This document shows, piece after piece, positions 10,331 to 19,090 of a DNA stretch of 64,000 bases. The notes below the pieces were generated by a model. The model had not been told where the DNA came from. It saw nothing but the letters and a program-made list of their open reading frames with translations, and made no database searches. The DNA is from Escherichia virus TH32. A program made the translations under genes and the position numbers. Location: the sequence record MT446405.1; one strand, 5' to 3'. Positions within the stretch are counted from its first letter, which is position 1, and each line of letters opens with the position of its first letter.

Positions 10331-10747
10331 ATGAGCACAACAATTGTATTTGTCGTCCTTCATCAAGGCGAAGTGGTAAACGTATGCGAATATGAAGAGC
10401 TGGCAAAAGCCACTGCTGCGCGATATGAAGGTGCCACAGTTGACCCTTGGATTTTGGATGCGCGAAACGTGTTGCAGGCGACCATGGATGAGTGGCTTTT
10501 AGGTCGCAAGGTGTATCCGGTTGAAAACATCGAATCCATTCAAGGTGAAACAGTATACTTTGAAGATGAATGCGTTCGCGGCATTGGTAAATTTATTGGA
10601 TTGTGCCCATCTTCATCCAAAAATAAATTTTATCGTATTCAAGTTGAAGAGAACGATATGTTCGACAAAGTAACGCGCTCGATTGTTCCTGGCGGCGGCA
10701 CTCCAATCTTTATGGCAGAATCAGACATCAAGGGGATCATCAAATGA
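10331..10747 (+). CDS. hypothetical protein (moron gene 1)
   Basis: 138 aa, strong AAGGAG RBS 7 nt upstream; opposite strand to flanking terL/portal. Confidence 0.6.
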   Translation: MSTTIVFVVLHQGEVVNVCEYEELAKATAARYEGATVDPWILDARNVLQATMDEWLLGRKVYPVENIESIQGETVYFEDECVRGIGKFIGLCPSSSKNKFYRIQVEENDMFDKVTRSIVPGGGTPIFMAESDIKGIIK

Positions 10748-10983
10748 GAACGTTAACCGAACTCGATGTTTTGAAAGACGTTGCAGCCGCGCTGGGCGTA
10801 GAATTATCCGAAAAGGCGACACTAGGTGCTTTGCGTCGGGATTTACTCGAAGCCGTTGACCGCAACGATTTTGACCGTAAATGTATGCAAAAGAAGATTC
10901 GGCAGGCGGTGAGAGCGGGTAAGCGATTCCGTGCCAGGTCGTTTGCCGCAAGAAAGCTTGACCTTCAGCACGGAATGCTTTGA
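10744..10983 (+). CDS. hypothetical basic protein (moron gene 2)
   Basis: 79 aa, ATGA overlap with gene 1; Arg/Lys-rich C-terminus. Confidence 0.5.
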   Translation: MRTLTELDVLKDVAAALGVELSEKATLGALRRDLLEAVDRNDFDRKCMQKKIRQAVRAGKRFRARSFAARKLDLQHGML

Positions 10984-10986
10984 TTG

Positions 10987-12447
10987 TTAAAGGTTAGAGA
11001 AGAAGCCGGATGCTGCAACGATTGGTTTCATCAATGCCATGATTGCTGCGTCCGCTTTGTTAGGTGATTTGACTCCACGCTTTGCCATATCCTTTTTGGA
11101 TTCAACTTTGAACTTGCCAAGAACAGACGTATCTTTGCGCGGCGCTGACATCTCAAAAAGAAACGTCTCAATCTCTTCAGTAGTCCAAGCTGGAATCCCA
11201 AGTTCCGGTATACCATCGGTGTCGATTGAAATCAATTCATCAGTCGGATATACGGCTTGCCCAGTTGCATATTCGTATGTCTTTCTGAATCTCTCTGCAA
11301 TTTCAGTCCACTTTTGCGCTTTTATGTTTGCGAAATGGTCTTTATTGAGTATTTCAACGTGTGGTAGCTCAAGAAAAACGTCATCAGGATCATCAACAGA
11401 CCCTTGCGCGTTGAACGCATTAAATTCGATTCTTGGAAATGATGGATTTTCATGTATTGCATACTCGTTTAGTTCATCAAATTTTGAACCAGCAAAAGCG
11501 CCGACACCGATGGCGTCATAAGTTATAGAAGCGCCAAATGTAAGCGCATCTTTCCAAACTCCGCTTGCCGATTTCAACAATTCATCTTCCAGACCTTCCC
11601 ACGTCTTGATGCCGCGCAATACGTTTCCTGTAACGAATGCAGTGGCGTTAAGGTCGTCGCCATCGTCCGCTACGTCAAAGCCTATACGGTTAGACCCTGA
11701 CAAACTCCAGCCCAGCGTAGGGTGTTTGTGGAGATTAAGAGCGGCCTTAACGAATGCACGGTTGATTACAGATTTATCGCCGCCAGTCTTCGGCACGCCG
11801 CCATAAACGTGCTCTGCCTTTTTCGGGTCGCGCTCGTACATGCCTGCGATAACATCCAGCATTGTTTGCGACAAGAATGGGTTGTCTTGCCAGTTTATCT
11901 TTTTAACTATGGCATTCTTCGGCGGTCGCATAACAAAGTTTTGGTAGACGAAATCGGCCTCTTCATCAGGGTTAAAGATGATCCATATTTCTGACCCTTC
12001 TTTACGGATTGTCGGCTCAATAATGTCCCACTGTTCTTCAGTAAGTGCGTGCGCTTCTTCCAGCCAAAGAACATCAACACCTTCCGTTGATTTAATTTCA
12101 TCAACGTTACGTGCGATACCGTAAAATAGAAATTCAGATTTAGTTCTTTTATGCTCGATAGAGTTCTTTAATAAATTGAACTCATCTTTAAAATCAGAAA
12201 TCTCTATTTTATCTTTTAATAGAGTATATACAGATTCAGAAATCTTGTTCTGGAATTGTCGAACGCAAAGGAATTTTAATTTGAAGTTTGCCGCCAAATA
12301 AATAGCAAAACCAGCGGCATCATGCGATTTGGAAGATGCACGACCGCCGTATATTACTTTGTATCGCGCTTTTGTCTTCCAGACTTCTTTTAAAGCAGGA
12401 TTCAACTGGTACATGACTTTCCAATTATGTGTTAATATTTTATTCAT
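10987..12447 (-). CDS. terL: terminase large subunit
   Basis: N-terminal Walker A-like VIYGGRASSKSHD, terminase-like ATPase plus C-terminal nuclease-sized domain; 486 aa. Confidence 0.85.
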   Translation of the reverse strand: MNKILTHNWKVMYQLNPALKEVWKTKARYKVIYGGRASSKSHDAAGFAIYLAANFKLKFLCVRQFQNKISESVYTLLKDKIEISDFKDEFNLLKNSIEHKRTKSEFLFYGIARNVDEIKSTEGVDVLWLEEAHALTEEQWDIIEPTIRKEGSEIWIIFNPDEEADFVYQNFVMRPPKNAIVKKINWQDNPFLSQTMLDVIAGMYERDPKKAEHVYGGVPKTGGDKSVINRAFVKAALNLHKHPTLGWSLSGSNRIGFDVADDGDDLNATAFVTGNVLRGIKTWEGLEDELLKSASGVWKDALTFGASITYDAIGVGAFAGSKFDELNEYAIHENPSFPRIEFNAFNAQGSVDDPDDVFLELPHVEILNKDHFANIKAQKWTEIAERFRKTYEYATGQAVYPTDELISIDTDGIPELGIPAWTTEEIETFLFEMSAPRKDTSVLGKFKVESKKDMAKRGVKSPNKADAAIMALMKPIVAASGFFSNL

Positions 12448-12455
12448 ATTATAGT

Positions 12456-12484
12456 TTGCTTGTGCAAGCTATATCAAGTAAAAT
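12456..12484 (+). promoter_or_regulatory. sigma70-like promoter
   Basis: TTGCTT-N17-TAAAAT; a convergent TTGATA-N18-TATAAT exists on the minus strand at 12448-12477. Confidence 0.4.
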
Positions 12485-12523
12485 TATGATTCCAGCTTAG
12501 TAGTGGATAAAGGGTGATCTTTC

Positions 12524-12550
12524 GGCCAGATTCTTTCTGGCCATTTTTTT
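12524..12550 (+). terminator. hairpin + T7 tract in 5' leader (attenuator-like)
   Basis: GGCCAG-attcttt-CTGGCC followed by TTTTTTT, located between promoter and RBS of 12565 gene. Confidence 0.4.
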
Positions 12551-12564
12551 ATCAGGAGTAAACC

Positions 12565-12795
12565 ATGGCCCTAGTCAACATTCAACTCACTCCCTCTTAT
12601 ACTTCCGTAATCTCTGTTGCTGAAAACGTATCAGGAGCACTTATTCAAGTTCGCGGCGGTGCCGCTGAGATTTGTTTTGGGGAAAAGGCCGATGACAATT
12701 TGATCGGAATCGCAGTTGTTGGTACAGTCACAATCCCGCCAGGCGTTGAGATTTTCGCAAAGGGAAGTGGCACATTAATTGTGTCTTCACACTGA
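12565..12795 (+). CDS. hypothetical protein
   Basis: 76 aa, CAGGAG RBS. Confidence 0.45.
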   Translation: MALVNIQLTPSYTSVISVAENVSGALIQVRGGAAEICFGEKADDNLIGIAVVGTVTIPPGVEIFAKGSGTLIVSSH

Positions 12796-12883
12796 TACGA
12801 TGCCATGGACGGCATAATTCACAAAAAGTTTGCCTTTCTGAAACTCTGCGTTATAATCATATTAACTCAAAACCGGAGGTAAT

Positions 12884-13099
12884 ATGAAACTCATCGACCG
12901 CGCCATCAAAGCCATAGACAACCATTCCACGGCTATTGCATTTGTAATGGGATTCTGTTTTACTGCTGCGTTTGGCGACGTTCACACATTCAAGTCTGTC
13001 ATCTTGTGCTGGTCTATCTGGTCCCTCATTTCTCTGGTTTTGATTCTTCCGATGACGTGGCTTGTCCTTACTTGTCTGGAATCTCAAGGTGAAGACTGA
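12884..13099 (+). CDS. small membrane protein (two TMDs; holin-like candidate)
   Basis: 71 aa with two hydrophobic segments and charged C-terminus; GGAGG RBS. Confidence 0.45.
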   Translation: MKLIDRAIKAIDNHSTAIAFVMGFCFTAAFGDVHTFKSVILCWSIWSLISLVLILPMTWLVLTCLESQGED

Positions 13100-13320
13100 T
13101 GAGACTATCAATAAAAGAGCGGGCAAAACGTCCCAAAAGGAGTGAGCCAAAAGCGAAATATACATGCGTAGGCGGTCCATTCGACGGTCAAGCGATGTGG
13201 CTTTCAAAATCTAATCCATCGACGGTTGAGTTTAGCCTTCATGGAATGCGCGGCAGATACCTGCTAAACAGAGAAACAATCGGCAGCACATTTGTGGAGT
13301 GGAAAGAAAATGGCAAGTGA
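13099..13320 (+). CDS. hypothetical protein
   Basis: 73 aa, ATGA start/stop overlap with upstream gene. Confidence 0.4.
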   Translation: MRLSIKERAKRPKRSEPKAKYTCVGGPFDGQAMWLSKSNPSTVEFSLHGMRGRYLLNRETIGSTFVEWKENGK

Positions 13321-13543
13321 ATTAACTTTAAAAGTACCAAAAGAAGTGCTAGATAAGGCATATGCAGATTCTGTAAAAGAATTGGCCGTGGTGCTTGGGA
13401 TTGAAAATGAATTTAACGTTCAATTGCAATTCCTTAAGGACACGCTTCAAATTAAAGAGAATAGAGAGGCTGGAAGCGGTGCGCCTTTAGCTCTGGCAAT
13501 CCTCTATACAGGTCTGATTTTGCAATCTGGAGACGAACTGTGA
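13310..13543 (+). CDS. hypothetical protein
   Basis: ATG at 13310 in frame of listed ORF 13292..13543. Confidence 0.35.
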   Translation: MASELTLKVPKEVLDKAYADSVKELAVVLGIENEFNVQLQFLKDTLQIKENREAGSGAPLALAILYTGLILQSGDEL

Positions 13544-13739
13544 ATCGTTGGTGCAGTTGGAAGTTGAAACGTCTTGCCTGGGCCAATGCCGCCAATTCTG
13601 CTGGCGTCATCACCGCTGGCGTTGGGTCGGTATGGGATGGCGAAGGCCGTTGGGACTCGCTGTGTGGTACGCGCCTATTCTTTCGCGTAAAATAATTATC
13701 ACCCTTCCCACTTCGGGAAGGGAATTTAAAGAGGTTATC

Positions 13740-14081
13740 ATGAACAACACTTTATCACAACTGCTAATCTGGACTATCGCCGCTATCATCGGCACCGTTA
13801 TTATGATGTCAAGCGCAAAGGCTGAAACGGATATTTGCGGCAGACTGATTTCTGAAAACGGTGAAATTTACTATGGCAACTCAAAAGGCGATTACATATC
13901 ACCTGAAGTTTGCGCTCAGAAGAAAGCGGAAATGCAAAAGCAGTATCATGAAGATCAATCTATATCTCAAGCCGCGCTGATTGAATTAAGTATATCAGCC
14001 ATCATCTTTCTAATCGTTTTTATGCTCATTATTAAACCAAATAATGGCAGTAATCGTCATATTCCTCTCAAAAGAAATTAA
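13740..14081 (+). CDS. membrane protein with N-terminal signal/TMD and C-terminal TMD
   Basis: Internal Met 13740 with AAAGAGG RBS; the W/R/C-rich N-terminal extension of ORF 13548 judged non-coding. Confidence 0.45.
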   Translation: MNNTLSQLLIWTIAAIIGTVIMMSSAKAETDICGRLISENGEIYYGNSKGDYISPEVCAQKKAEMQKQYHEDQSISQAALIELSISAIIFLIVFMLIIKPNNGSNRHIPLKRN

Positions 14082-14119
14082 GGTTATAATACGGTTGTCG
14101 ACAAAAAGAGGACCGTAAA

Positions 14120-16423
14120 ATGCCAAGGCTAATATTCAAAAACAACTTTGAGGTCGCACTGGCTCAGCCAACGACGACTTCAGACACCACAATCACAATC
14201 CGCTCAGGGTCTGGCTTTCCGACCTTGGCCGCAAACGAGCGTGTAGTGGCGACAATCGTCGACGCTGCAACAGGCCTCCAATTCGAAATCGTCACAGTAA
14301 CAGCCGTGGTCGGAAACGTGTTGACTGTCCAGCGTGCACAGGAAGGTACTGCAGCGCGTGCATGGGCGGCTGGCGACATGCTCTCCATTCGAACTACTGC
14401 TGCGACTTTGACTAATACCGTCCGAAATTACGGCACAATTCCATCAGGGATGGATTTGAACGCATTAGATGGCACCTGGTTTGGGGAATATCAGCAACCA
14501 AGTGCAGGCGCGGCATCCAGTTCTTTACACTATCCTGTTTCACAAGCAGGGGTATTACTTGTCAAACAGGTGAACGAGCAAAATCCATCTCACTGCATTC
14601 AAATATACTATCCTACACTGGAAGGAATAGTATATGTCAGAAGGTACAGAGGTTCATGGACTGGATGGGTTCAAATGTTTGGTCAAGGCGATGTTATTCC
14701 AGTAGGGAATGGCGGTACAGGCCAAACAACCATTCAGGGGATGAAAGACGCTTTTGGATTTGGAACAGTTGCTGATCAGAATATAGTTCCGACTTCCATG
14801 GGCGGCACAGGTTCTGCTGATAATGCTCAAGCATGGCTCAACATTCGACCGCAAGGTTCAACGCCGCTGGCGGGTGACCCAGTAAACGATTATGACGCTA
14901 CGACTAAACGTTGGGTTGAGAACTTGATCAACACAGGCACCGTTGGCCCAAGCATGAACGGTGTCATGAATTATGGCGTTGGCGATTTCCATTTACGAGA
15001 TAGTCGTGCTTACATCCAACCGTATGAAGTTGTTGCAGACGGGCAATTGCTAAACCGTGCGGACTGGCCTGAGCTTTGGGCTTATGCGCAGATGCTGACG
15101 CCTATTGCTGATGCAGACTGGCTTGCAGACCCTTTGAAGCGCGGAAAATATTCGCTTGGTAACGGCACAACAACATTCCGTGTACCAGACCGTAACGGTG
15201 TGCAAACAGGGTCCATAGATTCATTGTATGCACGTGGCGACGGTGGAATATCAAGTTTAAACGGTAACGTGATCGAATCAGGCGCACCAAACATTACTGG
15301 ATCACTAAGGACTGTAACTTCTTATTCGGTCTTCGAGTCTGTATCAGGAGTCACAGGAGCATTTAACGGTTCAGAGTTGCAACAATACGCGGGGTTGACT
15401 GTAGCGCCTGGTTCTGCAAGTAACTATCCGAGAACGGTAACGTTCAACGCATCAAGGTCAAGTCCTGTTTACGGCAGAACTTCCACTGAAATCCGACCGA
15501 AATCATTCATCGGTGTTTGGGTGATTCGTGCATCTGGTGGATTTGTTGCTGCGAATACGCAGTGGAGTGTAATTACTGGTGACTCATCCCGTCCGTCATC
15601 AGGAGTAACAACGGACGGTGGCGAAATAATTTCAAGATATAATATTGGAACGGCACAGGAAGCCCAGATGAGCTGGCGCGTCCGAGCTTTAATCGGCGGG
15701 ACATATTATGCTCGACTTAATGTATCGAACGCAACAAAAGGCACCACCACTGTATTTGATTTTGACGACACTGGCGCAATGGCTGCTCCTGGTCCAATTT
15801 CTGCTGGTGCTGCTGGTTCCAATTTTAAAAGCACAATAGAAGTAAATAACGTTTCTTATCCAGGACTTTTGTTCAAGCCTACGTACACAAATGGAAGCGT
15901 GATACCTGATACTGTTGTTGGAGGGAATACATTTTTTGAATGCTCATTTATTCAGGGGCAAATATCAGGCGTGCAATTGTATCGTAGAAGGAAAGACGGG
16001 ATTGCCACAGGGCAAATAGCAATTTCCTTCCCTACCACTGCAGGAACGCTTGCACTTCAAGGCACATCAGGCATTGAATATAAAAAGGACGTTGTAGATG
16101 CAGATGCCAAGGAAGCTATGGAGCGAATCAATTCGCAGCGTCTTGTCAATTTCATTTATAAGGATGATGAGCAAGAGCGTGTGAGATTTGGTATAATCGC
16201 TGAAGAAGCAGAATTGATTGCGCCGCAATATATCAAGCACAATCAAGAAAACGTTTCCGACATTCTTGATGAAGAAGGAAACAAGATAGGCGAGGAAACG
16301 CGCGACCGACCTTCAGTTGACACCAACCCAATCGTAATGGACTTGATGGGTTGTGTGCAATATCTCAATAAGCAGATTGAGGATTTGAAGGCAGAGATAG
16401 CCGCGCTGAAAGCAGCGAAATAA
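14120..16423 (+). CDS. tail fibre/tailspike with C-terminal intramolecular chaperone (peptidase S74) domain
   Basis: C-terminus GIIAEEAELIAPQYI ... DLMGCVQYLNKQIEDLKAEIAALKAAK matches the auto-cleaving chaperone domain of endosialidase/L-shaped fibre proteins. Confidence 0.8.
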   Translation: MPRLIFKNNFEVALAQPTTTSDTTITIRSGSGFPTLAANERVVATIVDAATGLQFEIVTVTAVVGNVLTVQRAQEGTAARAWAAGDMLSIRTTAATLTNTVRNYGTIPSGMDLNALDGTWFGEYQQPSAGAASSSLHYPVSQAGVLLVKQVNEQNPSHCIQIYYPTLEGIVYVRRYRGSWTGWVQMFGQGDVIPVGNGGTGQTTIQGMKDAFGFGTVADQNIVPTSMGGTGSADNAQAWLNIRPQGSTPLAGDPVNDYDATTKRWVENLINTGTVGPSMNGVMNYGVGDFHLRDSRAYIQPYEVVADGQLLNRADWPELWAYAQMLTPIADADWLADPLKRGKYSLGNGTTTFRVPDRNGVQTGSIDSLYARGDGGISSLNGNVIESGAPNITGSLRTVTSYSVFESVSGVTGAFNGSELQQYAGLTVAPGSASNYPRTVTFNASRSSPVYGRTSTEIRPKSFIGVWVIRASGGFVAANTQWSVITGDSSRPSSGVTTDGGEIISRYNIGTAQEAQMSWRVRALIGGTYYARLNVSNATKGTTTVFDFDDTGAMAAPGPISAGAAGSNFKSTIEVNNVSYPGLLFKPTYTNGSVIPDTVVGGNTFFECSFIQGQISGVQLYRRRKDGIATGQIAISFPTTAGTLALQGTSGIEYKKDVVDADAKEAMERINSQRLVNFIYKDDEQERVRFGIIAEEAELIAPQYIKHNQENVSDILDEEGNKIGEETRDRPSVDTNPIVMDLMGCVQYLNKQIEDLKAEIAALKAAK

Positions 16424-16430
16424 TTCACTC

Positions 16431-16458
16431 AAGGCGCTGAAAAGCGCCTTTACTTTAT
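16431..16458 (+). terminator. rho-independent terminator
   Basis: GGCGCT-gaaa-AGCGCC hairpin followed by TTTACTTT. Confidence 0.6.
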
Positions 16459-16476
16459 GCGCTATTAAGTTATACT
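16449..16476 (+). promoter_or_regulatory. sigma70-like promoter
   Basis: TTTACT-N16-TATACT. Confidence 0.35.
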
Positions 16477-16504
16477 CATTATACGTTAACAGGTGAGGTG
16501 GTTT

Positions 16505-16792
16505 ATGAAATTCGAAGACATCGATAAGGCTCAAAAAGCAAAGGCTCTTCCAAAATATTTGATTTGCGGCATTGACCCTGCAGACAAGCGCCTTGTCTTT
16601 TTGAAAGCCGTCAAGGGTGATGAACATGGCAACGCAGTTGATTGGTGCATCCCGCTCTTTGAGACAAAGGGAGAAGCCGAACAGGCATTGTTAGAAAGCA
16701 AGATGCCTTCGCATTACAAAGTCAGGACTCAAGATGAAATTCCAACCTTGATTTTGGACAACATTAACAGCGGAGAAGACTCTAATGGATAA
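16505..16792 (+). CDS. hypothetical protein
   Basis: ATG at 16505 after AGGTGAGGTGG RBS. Confidence 0.45.
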   Translation: MKFEDIDKAQKAKALPKYLICGIDPADKRLVFLKAVKGDEHGNAVDWCIPLFETKGEAEQALLESKMPSHYKVRTQDEIPTLILDNINSGEDSNG

Positions 16793-16883
16793 AGAGGCAC
16801 GACGCTTTGCATTTTGGGGAACGGTTTGTGTTGTCGCCCTGTTTGGAATCGTTTACGCAATCATCCACGCTGCTGCGGCATAA
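16785..16883 (+). CDS. small hydrophobic peptide (single TMD), candidate
   Basis: 32 aa ORF MDKEARRFAFWGTVCVVALFGIVYAIIHAAAA bridging two genes, overlaps upstream stop. Confidence 0.25.
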   Translation: MDKEARRFAFWGTVCVVALFGIVYAIIHAAAA

Positions 16884-16885
16884 TT

Positions 16886-17281
16886 ATGATCATCGATATT
16901 GAAAAGGCGCTCAAGCGCGAATTGACGCCAGGTGCGACCCCTGGCGAGGAAGCCTACTACCGACCAAAAGCGCAGCGCACCAATGAGATTCCTGTTGTTA
17001 AGCGGACAGTGAATAAGAACGGTCAGCGGTCTAGGATGCGCTCTATCCGGTCCGGTGAAAGGCTGAAAACGATTCGCCAGTGTCTACAACGTCTCGAAAT
17101 CATGGGTTGTCGCGCTTATATCGACCCTGATGGAAAGGTTCTGGTGAGAATTGGCAATAGTACACAACTACAAGACGGATTGCCATGCGGTGAATCCAGA
17201 CCTATTACCAAGACCGACCGTGTGGCTACGGGTCGCGAGATTGAGGAAAGTTGGTTAGGTGCTTTCTTATTAAAATATTGA
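16886..17281 (+). CDS. hypothetical protein
   Basis: Internal Met of ORF 16814..17281; basic protein. Confidence 0.4.
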   Translation: MIIDIEKALKRELTPGATPGEEAYYRPKAQRTNEIPVVKRTVNKNGQRSRMRSIRSGERLKTIRQCLQRLEIMGCRAYIDPDGKVLVRIGNSTQLQDGLPCGESRPITKTDRVATGREIEESWLGAFLLKY

Positions 17282-17288
17282 GGTTGAA

Positions 17289-17537
17289 ATGAATCAAAAT
17301 GAATCAGTAGCATTCTTACAATGGCTGGAAGGTGTGGTGGAGTATTACGCTCCAAAAGACCGTTTCATCTTTCAAGGCAAAAGCTTCAAGCGCAAAGGTC
17401 AAGCACAGAAAGCAGCGCGTAAGTACTGGAAGGAAGTTTATTCAGAGTTCTTTCAGCAGATGGGCATTATCGGTGCGACCGTATCCGGCGACCCAGCACA
17501 GTTGGTATCGATTGATGAATCCAATCGTTACAATTAA
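17289..17537 (+). CDS. hypothetical protein
   Basis: 82 aa ORF. Confidence 0.4.
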   Translation: MNQNESVAFLQWLEGVVEYYAPKDRFIFQGKSFKRKGQAQKAARKYWKEVYSEFFQQMGIIGATVSGDPAQLVSIDESNRYN

Positions 17538-17552
17538 TAAACCGATTTGAAT

Positions 17553-17575
17553 GCCGCGCCATGCGGCTTTATTAT
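17553..17575 (+). terminator. terminator-like hairpin
   Basis: GCCGC-gccat-GCGGC followed by TTTATTAT. Confidence 0.4.
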
Positions 17576-17612
17576 AGTTATTGTTAATCACCCAAATATT
17601 AAAGGTAATGAT

Positions 17613-17993
17613 ATGTCAAATAAAAATGATTCTATGAGTCACACATATACTAAAGGCAGCGGCATTGCTTTTGGTTCCAGCATCAAAATTGACGCTCCAC
17701 CTTGCTATTCTGATGGATTGGAAGTTGGCAACCGTGACTTGACATGGGTTTTACGTCGCCAATCCGATTTAGAAGAGAAGTTGGAAAATATTGAGCGTTC
17801 TCTCGAAAGTTTGCGCGACCAGCTTTTTGGTTGTTCTGAAGATGATTCTAAATCTCCAGAGTATTGCGTTAATCATGGTTTGATTGATAATATGCTCGCC
17901 ACAACCGCTCGATCAATTGGTAAAACTGTGTCCATTGAGTCGTTGATCAGCCAGATTGCTGATGGATTTGGTGATGCCCATAAGAGTGAATAG
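17613..17993 (+). CDS. hypothetical protein
   Basis: Internal Met with AAAGG RBS. Confidence 0.4.
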   Translation: MSNKNDSMSHTYTKGSGIAFGSSIKIDAPPCYSDGLEVGNRDLTWVLRRQSDLEEKLENIERSLESLRDQLFGCSEDDSKSPEYCVNHGLIDNMLATTARSIGKTVSIESLISQIADGFGDAHKSE

Positions 17994-18023
17994 TGGGTGG
18001 ATGTTGCTTTAACCGTGAATCGT

Positions 18024-18050
18024 GGGTCGCTGTGGCGGCCCTTTCTTTTG
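18024..18050 (+). terminator. rho-independent terminator
   Basis: GGGTCGC-tgtg-GCGGCCC followed by TTTCTTTTG. Confidence 0.55.
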
Positions 18051-18054
18051 CCTG

Positions 18055-18640
18055 CCGCGCAGGAGTGTACTGCAAATTTCCTGTGGGTACAAAATAGTAC
18101 GGTACTGTCCAGGACTTTTTCTTTGAAAAGTTAGTGGACCAAATGTGTAGTATTTTGATTAGTGTACCGCAAATTCCATCAAGTACCAAAACGCACCAAA
18201 AGACCCATGCCATAAAAACCACACGAACGCAATAATCAATCGACGTTACAGTTTCCAGCGTTACAATTCGAAAGCGAATGATTCGACGCATAATAATATG
18301 AAGCATAATGATTCGAAAGCAAATGATTGCGTGTAGGATAATATCGGTGGGGATTATTCTAGATGCATGTAATTTCGCATGCGTACTATTTTCGGACGAA
18401 GGGTCGGCATATTCCTCGTTTTAGTTCGGAACGAAGGGAAAGTTTTGCGCCTTTATAAAACAACGACTTACGCGACCCGCCCTAACGGTCCGATATAGGT
18501 GTCTATATAAAACAAGGACTTACGCGATGTTCTCCATTTAACGTAATACCTGTTATGCGAACTAAGACGCATCTCGAAGAAGATTATGCGACGACGAAGG
18601 GAAGGATAAAGGAGTTTTCGCGTAGGAGCGCATCGAGATA
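18055..18640. repeat. repeat-rich non-coding region
   Basis: Approx. 600 bp without credible ORF; repeat families GTAC(T/C)GCAAATT(T)CC, AATGATTCGAAAGC, CGAAGGGA and TATAAAACAA(C/G)GACTTACGCGA. Confidence 0.6.
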
Positions 18641-18645
18641 GGGAC

Positions 18646-18671
18646 GAAGAAAAGCCGCGACTAAGCGCGGC
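18646..18671 (-). terminator. rho-independent terminator (minus strand)
   Basis: Minus-strand GCCGCG-cttagt-CGCGGC followed by UUUUCUUC, 20 nt after stop of 18692..18982. Confidence 0.55.
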
Positions 18672-18691
18672 CTATTAGTAACGGAAGGGTA

Positions 18692-18982
18692 TTATAAGGA
18701 GACGATTTTAAAATAAGTTACTTCGCCGCCGAGTTGCGGTACAGCGATATATTCGCCGCCGATTTCGGTAATCGTATAAACGAAGCCGTTAATCGTTACG
18801 CGATAGGATACGATGTCCTCGTCGCGATACTTGTAAAGGTCGAGGAAGTTGATCGGCTCATAAATAGACTCGATAATCGCGTCTACGTTAGAGAGATAAA
18901 CGCTCTCTAAGGTTTCGCCAAATACGTTAGAGTTTTCGGAAGTTTCGACGCGAGCGGAACGGATAGCGGCTAAAGTAATCAT
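18692..18982 (-). CDS. small acidic protein, paralog family A/C
   Basis: 96 aa, AGGAGA RBS; paralogous to 19617..19901. Confidence 0.6.
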   Translation of the reverse strand: MITLAAIRSARVETSENSNVFGETLESVYLSNVDAIIESIYEPINFLDLYKYRDEDIVSYRVTINGFVYTITEIGGEYIAVPQLGGEVTYFKIVSL

Positions 18983-19049
18983 AATAATCTCCTAGTTGGT
19001 CGGGCGGGTAGCGACCTATTCGCTACCTCATCCCCTCTCGATATAAAAC

Positions 19050-19078
19050 ATTATAGTCTTAGTGTACGAAGAAGTAAA
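19050..19078 (-). promoter_or_regulatory. sigma70-like promoter
   Basis: Minus strand TTTACT-N17-TATAAT. Confidence 0.5.
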
Positions 19079-19090
19079 GCACTTTTTTCG

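Noticed and set aside
13548-13739. N-terminal extension of ORF 13548..14081
   Set aside because: Trp/Arg/Cys-rich, GC-rich and lacking an RBS; an internal Met at 13740 has a good RBS and begins a plausible membrane protein.
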